This document shows positions 12,863-25,878 of a DNA stretch of 64,000 nucleotides, in pieces; positions within the stretch are counted from its first letter, which is position 1, and every line of letters starts with the position of its first letter. The stretch is from Hypanus sabinus (Eukaryota): positions 14,322,001 through 14,386,000 of the forward strand of contig NC_082734.1 of the NCBI RefSeq assembly GCF_030144855.1. Direction: 5' to 3'. Both the position numbers and the translations under genes were made by a program. Under the pieces are notes generated by a model. That model did not search any database and had not been told where the DNA came from. It was given only the letters and a program-made list of their open reading frames with translations.

Positions 12863-14092
12863 CTGCTCCCTCTACCAAACCTTCACATTCTTTCTGAATT
12901 GCAGTGCCAAGAACTGGAGCTGAAGCCTCCTTTTTTTTCTTCACTTTTCTTCTGACACAGAAGACCATGCACTCCTGTCACAAGGACCGCCCCCCCCCCT
13001 CACCCATGTATTCTGATATCCATGGGGGAAACCTTGCTGACATACAGGTCCTGATGTACGAGTTCTGATGAAGGGTCTCGGCTTGAAACATAGAATGTTT
13101 ATTCCTCTCCATAGATGCTGCCTGACCTGCTGAGGCCCCCCAGCATTTTGTGTGTTTCCCCATGTATTCCCCCATTACCTATTCTCTACCACTCACCTCA
13201 GAATCTCCTGCCACCCAAGGAGGTTCATTTACAGTAATGAATTAACCAACCATCGCAACCTTTGGGATGCAGATGGACACCAGAACTCCTAACAGAAACC
13301 CACGGGGGCACAGGGAAAACATGAGGAACGAGGTCGGGATCTGGAACTGCAGGTTGGTGGTTAATTGTCAACTGCAAATTCCTCTCCCTCACCCCCACCA
13401 TGCGTAGGTATGCATAGAATTTGGGGGACACTAATGAGGATGTGGGGAGATGGAAGAAAACAGGATTTGTGTAAATGGGTGGTTGATGGTCAGCACAGAC
13501 ACAGAAGGGTCTGTTTCCCGGCTGTATCTTTCTCTGACATACTAACATACAGGAAAAATTAGCAGGGAATCAAATTTCCAGCATAGACACTGAAATAGCC
13601 TCCTTTAACAGTGTAAGAAATCAAGGAGGTATGCTCAGGGTGCCATATAAATGCAGACAGTTGCTGTTGCTAACTTGCCAGGGTTTGGCCCAGGTACTGA
13701 TGGCCACATGGCTGTAAAAGTTACTGGGAGGGCCACGGAAGGATCGAGAATGGTTCCAGCCATTTGTCATCAGGCAGAGGGAACGTTCACAGCCATTGTT
13801 GCCTCACATCTCAGTGTTAGAGAGGAGAGTGTGGATATCAGTTGGTGTGCAAATCCGTGATTCCTGTCTGCTGCCCACCCCTCCCCCAGAAGCCCTTCAG
13901 CACAGGAGCACGTGATGCACCCTGTGTTGGAATAGCCTATCCAAACAATGTGTGTGTTGACTGTGGCACTGTTTGGTACTGTGTACGTTGGGTCTCAGTA
14001 CCTACAGGAAGAAGGTCTGAACAGAAACATCAGTATTTGGTGTGGTTTAAGTCAGCTCAGGAACCCACTGATCTGAATAAGTGAACAGCAGA

Positions 14093-14110
14093 GTGAAAGA
14101 TCTCTTTGTT
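14093..14110. promoter_or_regulatory. Candidate paired SOX (SOX9-dimer type) site upstream of CHADL
   Basis: GTGAAAG-atct-CTTTGTT inverted half-sites with 4-bp spacer in non-repetitive DNA ~0.2-0.35 kb before the candidate first-exon donor. Confidence 0.35.
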
Positions 14111-14279
14111 CCTTCCTCCCAACCTCAGGAGCAGCTCTGGGTAACAAAATCTTGGATAAATCTTATGGCAGTGGAAAATTCCAAGCTGTGCTCCCCCAAC
14201 CCAGACCTTCCCACAAGTACACACCTCCAGCCCCTCGTCGCTATCTCTGGCTGCACAGGGAAATATCAAAAGGGGGATC

Positions 14280-14468
14280 TGTCACCTTCGGAGCTGGGAA
14301 TTTCTCACTCCAGGCTCTGCTCTTGAAATCACTCTGAGCAAAACTACAGGGGAGACGTGTCCACATAAGTTGCTCAATCATCTGAAGTCTCAGCAGGGAT
14401 ACCAGGAACACAGGCTTTCCCTCTCAAGTTGGTAGTTCCAGAAGTGGCTCAAGCTCCGGGAAGAAAAG
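14280..14468 (+). other. CHADL: Candidate non-coding first exon of CHADL (5' boundary uncertain)
   Basis: Unique sequence ending in consensus donor AAG|GTAAGT (14469); no ATG inside; splicing to 20983 gives AAG|ATG with A at -3. The next exon starts directly at ATG after an acceptor, so an upstream exon is required. Confidence 0.55.
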
Positions 14469-15149
14469 GTAAGTGTTTAAAACAATTATTGGAAAAGTAA
14501 CATTACGTTATATCATCTTGGATTATCTTATCTCCACGGTAGTGACATGTTTAAACTAGAGACCACAGTTTTAAGGTGCTTGGGGTAGGTACAGAGGAGG
14601 TGTCAGGGTAAGTTTTTTATGCAGAGTGGTGAGTGCATGAAATGGGCTGCCAGCGACGGTGGTGGAGGCGGATATGATAGGGTCTTATCCTGGATAGGTA
14701 CATGGAGCTTAGAAAAATAGAGGGCTATGGTTAACCCTAGGTAATTTCTAAAGTACTTATTTGTTTGGCACAGCATTGTGGGCCTGTATTGTGCTGTAGG
14801 GTTTTCTCTGTTTCTTTTTCTATGTTAAAGCTTTTCTTTAACGTGGCACCGTGCACAGAGCTGTGGTTCACAGTGTACACTTCGCAGGTGAATCCATCCT
14901 GCCGGGGTCTCAGGATACCCTGCAACAGCTGTAGCCCTGATCGATGTACAGAGACCCCTGTCTCTCAGCACCCTCTGCAGTTGTCCTCTTTCTTCAGGCA
15001 GTGTTTTCTGATCTGACTTTCTGATCAGACTCAGAGCAAAACAGAGATTCTGCTGATTTCCACGCTGGCTCTGCTGCTGGTTACTGATTCTCCTTCAGTT
15101 CCTCTGTCACCCAGTATTTCTCTAGCCCAGCAAATCACATTGTTGGTTC

Positions 15150-15750
15150 TCTCCTCCAGGGGAAGCAACATTGTCATGAAATTCGCTGTTTTGTTGCAGT
15201 ACGTAAAAAATACTATCAGTTGCAGAGAAATATAAAGAAATAAATAGAGCAAAAAGTGAGGTGGTGCTCTGCGTCATGGGACATTCAGAAATCTGATGGT
15301 GGAGGGGAAGAAGCTGTTCCTAAAATATTGAGTGTATGTCTACAAGCTCCTGTACCTCCTCCCTAATGGTAACAATGAGCACAAGGCATGTCCTAGATGG
15401 TGAGGGTCCTGAATGATGGACCTTCCTGACTATTGGAGATGTCCTCCATGCTGTGGAGGCTCGTGCCCGTGATGCAGTCGGCTGAGTTCACAACCCCCGC
15501 AGCTTTTTCCGATCCTGTGCAGTGGCCCCTCCATACCAGACGTTGATGCAACCGGTCAGGATGTTCTCCACGGTACGTCTGTAGAGATTTTCGAGAACCA
15601 CTGTTGGTGACACACCAAAATCTCCTTAAGCTCTTAATGAAGTATAGCCACTGGGTGCCTTCTTCATAATTGCATCAATAGGTCGGCCCCAGGATAGATC
15701 TTCAGAGATGCTGACACCCAGCAGTTCATTCACCCTTTCCACTGCTGATC
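15150..15750 (-). mobile_element. Rex1/Babar-type LINE 3' fragment
   Basis: Minus strand resembles YRRTVENILTGCINVWYG..AQDRKKLRG, plus the rscyeepsll/ggaacagcttcttcccc-type 3' motif shared by many copies here. Confidence 0.7.
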
Positions 15751-18032
15751 CCCCTCTCTCATCAGCCCTTGTTCACAATGATAAACCTGATGAGAGGCAG
15801 TCTCTTACCCTGCCTCTGACCCATTGTTAATTAACTCAGCCACTCTGGGTGGAATTTTTTAAGACAATTAGCCCCATACTTCTGAAGAGCTCTAAGCAAT
15901 GACAAGCCCACCCTTCTCTTGTCAGAAGAAACAATGTCCAAATTGTTCAGTAGTCCTCTTCCCATAGGAGAACCCCACGCGAAAGTAAGATGGCATGTTA
16001 TTCCTGCTTTCCATATTCCTTGTTAGGTCCCAATATATAGTTAACAATCATTTCCAGAGAAATGGAACTTGACTGGGAAACTGGCAGAGTGCAATTCCCT
16101 TGTAATGAAGAACACATGTTAAAGTGTAAAGTAAATGTATTATCAAAGTACACCATATGTGTCACTATATACAACTCTCAGATTCATTTTCTTGTGGGCA
16201 TGCTCAATAAAGCTATAGAATAATAACCATAACAGAATAAGTGAAGGACCGCCCAACTAGAACATTCAACCAGAGTGCAGAAGACAAATACAAAAGAAAA
16301 AAATAAGAAATAAATTAGTAATAAATATTGAGAACATGAGATGAAGAGTCCTTGAAAGTGAGTCAAATGGTTGTGGGAACATTTCAATGATGGGGTAAGT
16401 GAAGTTATCCCCTTTGGTTCGAGAGCCTGATGGCTGAGGGGGTCCTAACAGTTCTTGAACCTAATGGTGAGATTCCTGAGGCTCCTGTATCTTCTACCTG
16501 ATGGCAGCAGGGAGAAGAGAGCATGCCCTGGGAGGTGGTGATCCTGATGATGGATGCTGCTTTCCTGTGACAATGTTTCATTGATGAAGAGGGCTTTACC
16601 CATAAAGTACAGACTTCCAATTCTCCTACCAACCACATATGCTAAGGGTTATTTAAAATAGCCAATTAACTTAGCAACTTGATGTACAGAGGGATCTTGG
16701 GGTACAAATTCATAGCCCACCAAAAATGGCATTTCTAACCTCTGCTTTAAATAGACCCAATTACTTGGCCTCCAGAGCTGTCTGTGGCAATGAGTTCCAC
16801 AGATTCACCACCCTCTGGCTAAAGAAATTCCTCCTCATCTTCTATCTAAAGGGACATCCTTGTATACTGAAGCTGTGCCCTCAGGTCCTAGTATCTCCCA
16901 CTACGGGAAACACCCAACCCATGTCCAGTCTAGGCCTTTCAATATTCAATAGGTTTTAAAGGAAATGCCCCATCATTCTTCTAAACTGCAGAGTACAGGA
17001 CCAGAGCCATCAAATGCTTCTCATACATTAACCCTTTCATTCCCAGGATATTTCCAACTTAGAGAAGCACTGTTTTATTATTCTGGGAGACTGAAGAATT
17101 GGTACAGTTCTAATATGGATCTACAGGAAAGATGTGTGCTGGGTTGGGAGGCATTCTCACATCTGAGGAGAGAAAAGGGAGATAGCAAAGAGACACAGGT
17201 GATTCCAAGTCAACATCCCTGTAGCAATCAAGTTCAAAGTCTGGGCAGCACAGGGCCCCTCACTGCTCTTTTCAATAGGAAGTCTTGGTTGGGTAGACAT
17301 CTCTGCCTCTGTGGTTGCATTGCCTCAGAGACCAGAGTGAAGATGACAGTTAAAGTTTCCAGCTATACCTGTTTCCTGTGTAGCTTAGCACAAACAACAA
17401 CACAGAAGTACAGGTGACTGACTGGCTGCAGTATGAGTCAAGCGAATCAAATAAGGCTGCATCACAAAATTAAGCAGCAGTCCGCTCACTTTTCTACTCT
17501 ATCTAATACACACACTGTAACTTATCGCAGGGCTGGAGTGTGTTTGAGGGAAGTCGCAGGAAGAGCTGGGATTTTTTGCTGTTCAGTTAATGCATCTGTT
17601 GCTATTTCTGACTGAGAATATTCCTGGAGGTTTCATCCCATGTGCTGCCACGGCCAAATTCCCCACCCAGTCCTGTTTCCATCTCCAGTACCTCTGTAGA
17701 CAAACGTAGAAGATCTTCAAAGGTTATTTTTAAAACTTTATTTTTTCAGCCCCTTGAATTTTACTTTCAGCAGTGTCCTAAAATATATAATTTCTCAAGA
17801 AATTGGGGCATCCATTTGAGTTCAGTAAGACAGGTTATAGGCAAGGAGTACAAACACAGTGTTTACGGGTTTGGGGGAGAGGCACACTCGTAATTCCCCG
17901 CTTTTCCTGTCCTTTCTGATGACAATTCACCTATTGTCCTGGACCCTCTGTGGCTGTGGGGTGACCGATCCCAAAACAAGCAATCCAGGAAATTCTCAGC
18001 TTCCCTCTTGTTCCATAGTGATTCCAGTGGGG

Positions 18033-18269
18033 CTTGGGTATTCTGTGTTTGAGAACTCTAGGGAGAGTGGGTGCAGCCATCATAACAGGGCTGAGTACAG
18101 CTCTCAGCTAGTCTCAAACTGAAGATAAGGGAGAATTCTGCTTGCTAATGAGACGGCTGTTTTACTGCCGCCAGATTCAGTATGAATCTAGCTGAGAGCT
18201 GTACTCAGTCCTGATATGATGACCACACCCAGCCTCCTCACAGCTTCTCAAACACTAAATAGAGCCAAG
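18033..18269. repeat. Imperfect long inverted repeat (hairpin) in CHADL intron 1
   Basis: ~90-bp arms 18033-18123 and 18176-18269 with a perfect 21-bp core ctgagtacagctctcagctag / ctagctgagagctgtactcag. Confidence 0.9.
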
Positions 18270-18849
18270 TTTGACCCTGACCTCTGGGGCTGTTCATGCG
18301 GTGTTTGCATGTTCTCAGTGACGCCAGGGGTTTCTTTCCATGTCCCACTGACATGTAGGGGAGGGGGATGTTAGCTGCTGCTGTAAATTACCTCTTTCTG
18401 TCAGCAAATGGCAAAAAAAAAGAATCAAAGGAGAATAGATGGGCTTACGACAGAGAAAATGTTGCAGGGGTGCAGGAAAATGGGACTGATGAGATTGCTC
18501 TTTTAGGGTCTTAGACCTGATGGGCTGATTGGCCTCTTTCCATGCATTAGTAAGTGAATGCACTCTTTTTTTACTGTAAAGCAATAGCCGTTCAAGCAAT
18601 GAAACTGTCTCTGTCATTGTTCAACTAAAGCCAGTCAATGTCACAGTGATTCAGCCTTGGATTTCCTTGTTTTCCCTTATAAAGTATCAGCTTTCAACAG
18701 ATACTATTTTTGTTATTGGTTTATTGTCAAGTGTACTGAGATCCAGTGAAAAACTTCTGGGTTTCAACCAGACAGATCGTATCAAACATTAGTACATTGA
18801 GGTAGAACATATCACATGATTTTCCTAAATTTAGCTCAGAGATGCTGAT

Positions 18850-19320
18850 CAAGGAAGGCGTGCCAGTATCTACTTTCTTAGGGGCTTGAGGAGCTTGTAA
18901 CCAAACGTTCTAACAACCCTCTACTGAAACACGGTTGGAAATTGTTCTGACTGCTTGTGTCATGGTGAGACATGGAAATTCAAGAACACAGACCATAAGT
19001 TGTAGAGAGTAATGGATCCTGCCAGCACATCACGGATGCACCCCTCCCAATATTAGTAGTATCTACATGAGACATTGCCTCCAGAAGCAAAATCCATCGT
19101 CAAAGATCTCCACCATCCAGGCCACTCCATCTTTTCACAGCTACCATGGGGCAGAAGGTACAGAATCCTGAAGTCCAGAAGAACAAGAACACCTATTTCC
19201 CTTTAGCCATCAAAGCTCTAATCACAACCACAGTTTAGCAAAGCTATGAGACTCTGTTAACCAGCATCTAAAATAGAGGGGTTTTTTTTGTTCTAAATGT
19301 TTATCTGGTGAATGCTGCTT
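18850..19320 (+). mobile_element. Rex1/Babar-type LINE 3' fragment
   Basis: Degenerate KARQYLLS..LR, IVKDLHHPGHSIFSQLPWGRRYRILK motifs. Confidence 0.65.
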
Positions 19321-20269
19321 ATTTGAAGCCATTATCATGAGCTCTTCAGGTCTGTCTGGAGAACGCTGGGCTCCGAGGTTTATAGGGCACCTGAATTTAT
19401 TAATTGTTGATTCAACGAGAGTCAGTAATGCCTGGTGCTTTCTATTTAATCTTGTTAAGTTTATTTTGTCAACACAGGTTTTCTGTGTACTGCCAATATT
19501 TAAGCAGATGCCTGATTAGTAATTATCACAGGGTCCTAGCTTTGAGAATGTTATGACTCATGGTGTTGCTTGGTCAGCCACTGATGTTTTGTTGGAACTT
19601 TTATTAAATAACCCTGGTTGCCATCTCTCCAGAGGAGTTGGTTTTCACTCCGCATTTTGGTTTCAGTAATTGCCAGCACACGTCATGACCTGTGATACTG
19701 CTGCAAGTAAAGCTTTCAAGTATGTACATACTTGTGTATGGTACAATGAACACAACTTTGACTTTGCAGTAACAGAATGTAGTGTTGCATTTACAGGAAA
19801 AGCAGATTGCAGGGAGACAAGTGCAAGGACAATGACCTGGTAGGTTGGAAGATCAAAGTTTCCTCCTTAGCTTATAAGAGTCTGATAACGGCGAGATAGA
19901 AGTTGTCCTTGAGTCTTGTGGCATGTACTTCTAAGCTTTTGTATCTTCTGTCTGATAGTAGACGAGAAAAGAGAGAATGACTGGGGTGTGAGAGGTCCTT
20001 CATTATGTTGGTTACCTTACAAGGGCAATGTGAAGAGTAGACAGAGTCAGTGGAGGAATGCTGGTTTATGGTCTACATTTACAACTTTTGTGTTTCTTAT
20101 AATCTTGGGCAGAGCAGCTGCTACTCCGAGCTCTGATGAATCCAGGGATGATGTACCTGTAGAACAGGCGTTACCAACCTGAGGTCAATGGACCCCTTGC
20201 TTAATGGTATTGATCCATGACATAAAAAAGAGTTGGTAACCCCTGCTGTAAAAATATGCTTACAGAAAC

Positions 20270-20462
20270 TGATGAACTATCAATAACTCTCGGAGACGGG
20301 AGGTGAACGATAGGCTTTTATTAGCAGCAAAAGGGACCACAACATCTTGGAGACTGAGGGAGGAGCAGTGCCTCCAATCACCTTTATACAGGGGTCTGTG
20401 GGAGGAGCCACAGGAGCAGTCAGCAGGGGGCATGTCCAGACAGGTAGACATAGTTTACCACA
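20270..20462 (-). mobile_element. Solo LTR (Gypsy family, subfamily B), TSD GAAAC
   Basis: Reverse complement runs TGTGG...CATCA, homologous to the LTRs at 25666/29923; GAAAC at 20265-20269 and 20463-20467. Confidence 0.95.
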
Positions 20463-20982
20463 GAAACACCATAGAAAGCATCTTATCCTGATGATACATT
20501 TAAAAATGAATATATCCCTTGCATTTTTATTCATTAAAAAATAAATTTCTTGAAATAAATTTTCTTGCTGGAATTTAGAAGAATGTGGGTGGATCTCATT
20601 GAGGTGTTTTGAATTTTGAAAGGCCTAGATAGTGCAAATGTGTAGAACAGTGGCAGAGTCTAAGACCAGGTTATACAGTCTCCGACTAGAAAACAGAGAA
20701 GAGGAATTTCTTTAGCCAAAAGGTGGTGAATCTGTGGAATTCTTTGCTACAGAAGGCTGCAGAGGCCAAGTCATTGGGTATATTTAAAGCCAATGTTGAT
20801 AGGTTCTTTATTAGTCAGGGCATCAAAAGTTACAGGAGAATTGTGTTGAGAGGGATAATAGATCAGCCATGAATGAATGGCAGAGAAGACCTAATGGGCT
20901 GAATGGCCTAATTCTGCTCCTATGTTTTGTGATCTTTTATCTCCTATTGTAGCTACACTATGTAATGGTTTTATTTTTGCAG

Positions 20983-21162
20983 ATGCCTTCTCAGTGTCCC
21001 AGTAAGAACCAGGCTCCTCCACACTGGACTCTGTTGGCCATACTTTCTGCTTTTGTAGTGCGGACAGCAGCCTGCCCATCCTATTGCATTTGTGACAACA
21101 TCCAGGGCGAGGTGACCTGCATAAAGAAACAGCTCACGGAGATCCCCGTCACCATACCAGAG
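20983..21162 (+). CDS. CHADL: Chondroadherin-like protein, coding exon 1 (signal peptide + LRRNT)
   Basis: Acceptor ttatttttgcag|ATG; MPSQ..WTLLAILSAFVVRTAA|CPSYCICDNIQGEVTCIKKQLTEIPVTIPE; phase-0 donor GAG|GT at 21163. Confidence 0.88.
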
Positions 21163-22984
21163 GTCTGTAACCTATCAGAACCAGCAGGAATCAACAATGG
21201 GCGCCGTTTTTCCCAATTCTGGCAGCTCTGCTCACAAGGGCTAGGGGGCAGTAGTGAGCAAGCTCCGGGGGGGGGGGGGGGGGGCGGTGGGGGGGGGGCT
21301 TTGGCTGAGATCAGAGCAGTAATGTTGGATTCACTCAGCAGGCCGGACAATGTGTTTTGAGTAATGAAGACATATGGAACAAAATTACTGCTTTGAAGTG
21401 AAAATGGGGAACAATGTCAAACATCTTAGAGTCGCAGAGAGATCAGCACACTAACAATCTCCTTGGCCTACTGAGTCTGTGCTGACCACCTCCCCATTTA
21501 CATTTATCCTACATTAACCTCACCTTTATCCTCACCACATTCCTATCAGCCGCCAACCAGATCCTAACACACAGTAGGGCCAATTTACGGGAGCTCAGTT
21601 AGTTACAGAGACCAGGATTTAATCCTGACCTCCGGTGCTCTCCGAGTGGAGTTTTCACATTCTCCCTGTGACCGTGTGGGTTTCCTCTGAGTGTTCTAGT
21701 TTTGTCCCACATCCCAAAGACAGGCAAGTTAATAGGTTAATTGGCCACTGTAAACTGCCTATAGTGTGTAAGTGAGTTATAGAACCAGAGGGGAGTTGAT
21801 GGGGATGTGGGGAGAATAAAAGATAAGATTAGCAGTTGGGTTGACTTGTTCTCTGATCTTGGCAATTTATTTGCAAATGTTTCATCACCACGTGAGTAAA
21901 TTGCCAAGGTCGGAGAACAACTCAGCCCAAGCATCAACCACCCAAGCTACACAATTTCCAAATTATTTCCAGTGGGGTTAGTTTCAGATTACATGAGTAT
22001 TTTTTGTCAGTATGAATCCAGTGGGCTAAAGGGCCTGTTTCTGCACCTGCTCTCTCTTTGATTCTATGATTGTAAAATCACTGGACAGTTCTGTGGGTTA
22101 ATTTTTATTTGCTGTGTGCCCGGCCATCTTTATGTTCTCTCTGTTAGTTACCACTGCTGGTTACGTTTCTACAATGGGGAAATCTTGCTTTCATTCTCTG
22201 CCCTTCAGCAGTTTCCCAATGAGCGAATGCTCCTTTTACCTCCAAGTTCATTCTACTGAGTTCAATTGACCAACTCTATCAGTCATTGCACTGAGGCCTT
22301 GTTAGAAAGTGGGCCGCAGAACAATGCTCAGAGACAAGGGGCACCCAAATGACAAGTCCAGAGATGGCTACCAGCGTCCAAATGAATGGCTCAATATCGG
22401 CACATTCTTTCCTCTCCCTTCAGGAAAGGGTGACACACAATCAGGCACAGAGGAAGTGAACTGAAGGGCAGTTTTACCAGCATCTTCTAACACCCATTGG
22501 GAAGAGTGGCTGAGTAAAATGGGAAGACCATTGCTGAGGCAACGATTCCTAACTGGGCTGAAACCATTAAAGATGTTAGTATCCTCAACCCTACTCGCCT
22601 TCCTCACACACTGCATCAACCCTCCCACAGCCTCTTCAAATCAATGAGTTGAAAACAGCTCTTCCTGTCTCCCTTCTCTAAATCTCACTCTGGTCTCTTT
22701 CTCCTTCAAGAGAGCCAATGACTCTAACCTGGTCAGGTGGTGACCTGAACTGCACCCTCAGTCAGTTTGTGTTGGTGATCCACACCCCAGATACAGAAAA
22801 TAGTTCCTAGTGTGTGAACGGTGGGTAAAATTTAGTGGCTACTTCATCCAAATGTGGGGGAGAGTAAAATGGGATTCCAGCATTGAAATGGTGGGCTGAA
22901 GGGCTTGTTTCTATGTTGTAGGAGCAGTAGTAACTTCCATTCCACCCAAGTACTTTTTAAACCTTTCCCTTCTCACTTTAAACC

Positions 22985-23064
22985 ACGGGTTCCCAACCTG
23001 GGGTCCACAGACCACTTACTTAATGATGTTGGTCCATGGCATAAAAGAGGTTGGGAAGCCCTGC
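22985..23064. mobile_element. Short hAT-type MITE (related copies ~20165-20245, ~58771-58823)
   Basis: TIR ca(c/g)gggttcccaacc...ggttgggaagccctg; near-perfect 8-bp TSD ctttaaac/ccttaaac. Confidence 0.8.
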
Positions 23065-23249
23065 CTTAAACCTTGATCCTCTAGTGTTTGCTCCCCTATC
23101 CCTGTGTGCATCCTCCTCATCTATGCCCCTCTTGGGAATGGGGTGTGGTCCACTAATACTATTTAAGAGAAATAATAGATAAATAGATAAAATACACTGT
23201 CCAGAAGAAAGCAATGGCAAACTACTTCTATAGAAAAATTTGCCAAGAG

Positions 23250-23605
23250 CTTACTGCCCATTCCACCTGTTGGTGTTTAGTGCAGCAATGAAGATACTCC
23301 ATCTCCTTGACAGTGTTCAGGGCTTCCTTCATCAATCCAGTAGCTACTGTCAGCACACACAGATTCTTCATTGCTGTTTCCATAATAGTTTTGTTTGAAC
23401 CGTCAAAGTTGTTAGCCCTGAGCTAAATCCCCGGACCTGGAGGACTGGTGGACTACTCTTTGTCTGTCCTCCACCTTTTGATCTGTTTGGCATGGGTGAC
23501 CAAGAGCCAAAGCTCAAAGCCCTGGCTCCAGCCAACATAGCTCTCCGGGTCATTGAGGCACGCAAGCCTCCAAACCATGACAAGGTTGTGGTCCTCTTGG
23601 AGGTT
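23250..23605 (-). mobile_element. RTE-related non-autonomous SINE (copies ~47450-47860 -, ~59540-59840 -, ~60921-61324 +)
   Basis: Shared motif gcctcaatgacc.ggagagctatgttggctggag..ggttcagctcagggctaacaac..aaacagcaatgaagaatc in four dispersed copies; RTE assignment is inference. Confidence 0.6.
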
Positions 23606-23727
23606 GCCAAGAACAAGCATGGTCAAAAAGACCGTGATCACCCATGTCATATGGCACGGCACATAATGAAGAAGAGAAGATAAATGAAAGTCTAAGAAAG
23701 TAAGTGACACTTCTGTCTATTTTGCAG

Positions 23728-25407
23728 GGTACCAAGCAGCTTGACATCAGAGGGAACAACATTGAAAAAGTTCCAACAGGGGCATTTCTTCCTATTCCCT
23801 ACCTTACTCACCTCAACCTCCAGAAATGTAAGATCAAGCAGCTTCAAGAAGGTGCTTTCCGTGGCCTTGGCCGATTGGTGACTCTCAATCTGGGGTCTAA
23901 TTACATAGAATTCATCTACCAGGAGACCTTTGATGGGCTTTTCTCTCTGCAACAACTCATCATCGACAACAACATGATCGAGGAGATCAAACCCGGTGCA
24001 TTTACTCAACTGGGATTTCTAAACTTTTTAAACCTGGAAGGGAACTTCTTGGTCTACTTGCCTCCTTTGCTTTTCCAGGGTCTCCAGCAGATTAAGTACA
24101 TGCGCTTGTCCAAGAATATGATCAACAATATTGCAGATGAAGCCTTCGCTGGGCTATGGACATTAAAGAGACTGAACCTGGACAACAATGAGTTGCAGTT
24201 TTTGCCAACAGAAGCATTATCCAGGCTCACGACTGTGACCAGATTGGATCTCAGCCGGAATCCAATGACCTACCTCGGTGAAGAATCACTGCGGATGCGT
24301 TCGCTGAAACACCTGATGATGGACAATATGTCCCTTCAGGATGTGTCTCACACTGCGTTTGAGCACAGCCCGATGTTATCAGTCATCGACTTACACAACA
24401 ACCAGCTCCAGATGATCCAGCCCCTGGTTGGGCTCGAGTCCTTGAGGGTGCTCAACCTGACAGGCAACCCAGTCCAGTGCAACTGTTTCATGAGACCTTT
24501 CAGGGAATGGATGGCCAACCACACGAAGCTGAAAGCCGCAGTGTTCTGCGGCGCCCCGGGACTGTACGAAGGGGATAGGCTGGATTCTCTGCGCCCAGAT
24601 AACCTGAGGTGTGACAGCCGACCAGTAGACCCTAAGGAGGAGGAGGAACTCACCCAGGCGAACAAGCCTGCAGCAAATAATCGGGATAGCGGCCCATGTC
24701 CAGACCACTGCGACTGCAAGCATGACCTGCAGCATGCCAGTTGTGAGGGGAAGGGGCTACGCAGGATCCCAAAGGGCTTCCCCACTGACACTCACCTTCT
24801 GGACATGCACTACAATGACTTCCACCTTGTCCCCAAGGGCTCCTTCCCGGACATGAAGCAGCTTGTTTCCCTGCACTTACAGAACTGCAGGATTCACGAG
24901 ATTCACGCTGGCGCATTCCTTGGCCTGAAGAAGCTCATTTACTTGTACCTGTCTTTTAACGAGATAACCAATCTCCAACCAGAAACCTTTGAAGGACTTC
25001 CCAAGCTGACGTATCTTTACCTGGACCACAACAAGCTGTCATCAATACCCAAGGGGGCATTCAAGCTCCTGCCCGGCCTCTTTGCTCTTCACCTGGAGTA
25101 CAATCCCGTCCCTCAGCTGACTGATGAGAACATGCAAGGGGCAGAGAAGTTACGATGGCTCTACCTGAACGGCAGCAACCTCACCTACATTTCCCCAACT
25201 GCTCTCCACTCCATGGGTCAGCTTCAGAAGCTGTTCTTGGATGAGAATAAGCTGACAGCAGTTCCCACCATCGCTCTGATGAAGTTGTCCGCCTTGAATG
25301 AACTGAAACTATCCAGCAATCCCATTAAGCAGATCGAGAGTGGCGCCTTCCTGCCAATGGCAGGGTCTCTCCAACATTTATGGCTGAATGACATGGGTTT
25401 GGAGAAG
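23728..25407 (+). CDS. CHADL: Chondroadherin-like protein, coding exon 2 (two LRR arrays with internal LRRCT/LRRNT)
   Basis: 1680-nt open exon; acceptor ttctgtctattttgcag|GGT, donor AAG|GTAAGG; LRR x~10, NPVQCNC..C..C LRRCT, CPDHCDC..C LRRNT, second LRR array. This tandem chondroadherin architecture is diagnostic of CHADL. Confidence 0.93.
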
Positions 25408-25665
25408 GTAAGGCTGAGGACATTCAAACAGGTAAGGCCCTAATGGGGCTTGGCAGGACAGACGTTGAGATGTCTCCACTGGTGGCAGAGTCACAAACAA
25501 GGGGACAATATTAGTTACAAGAAGACAAGGTAATTTAAAACTGCATGGAAAGATTTTTCTCCTGAAGGTTTAAGTTTAAATTTGTCATGGGCAAACATAT
25601 CTAGGGCATAAATGCCATAAAGATTAGATTCTTGCTGCAGAGCAACATAGAACATTATAAACATT

Positions 25666-25877
25666 TGTGGTGAACTATGTGCCTGTCGGGACACGCCCCT
25701 GCTGACTGCTCCTGTGGCTCCTCCCACAGGCCCCTGTATAAAGGAGACCTGCGGCCTGAAGATCGGCCTCAGTCTCCAGGACCTTGTATGATGGACACTC
25801 ACTCCTGGTTCCTTCTTCCAGTCAATAAAAGCCGATATCTCGCCTACGTCTCAGAGTGAGTTATTGATGGTGCATCA
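25666..25877 (+). repeat. 5' LTR (TATAAA 25737-25742, Inr TCAGT ~25771, AATAAA 25824-25829)
   Basis: Direct repeat of 29923-30134 differing at one base (atgatGgac vs atgatAgac). Confidence 0.97.
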
Positions 25878-25878
25878 A

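Noticed and set aside
21163-21360. Poly-Gly extension of ORF 20965-21360
   Set aside because: Intronic read-through over a poly-G tract after the donor at 21163
23704-25443. 579-aa ORF as a stand-alone single-exon LRR gene
   Set aside because: Starts at a GTG inside the acceptor tract and runs past a consensus donor; it is an internal CHADL exon
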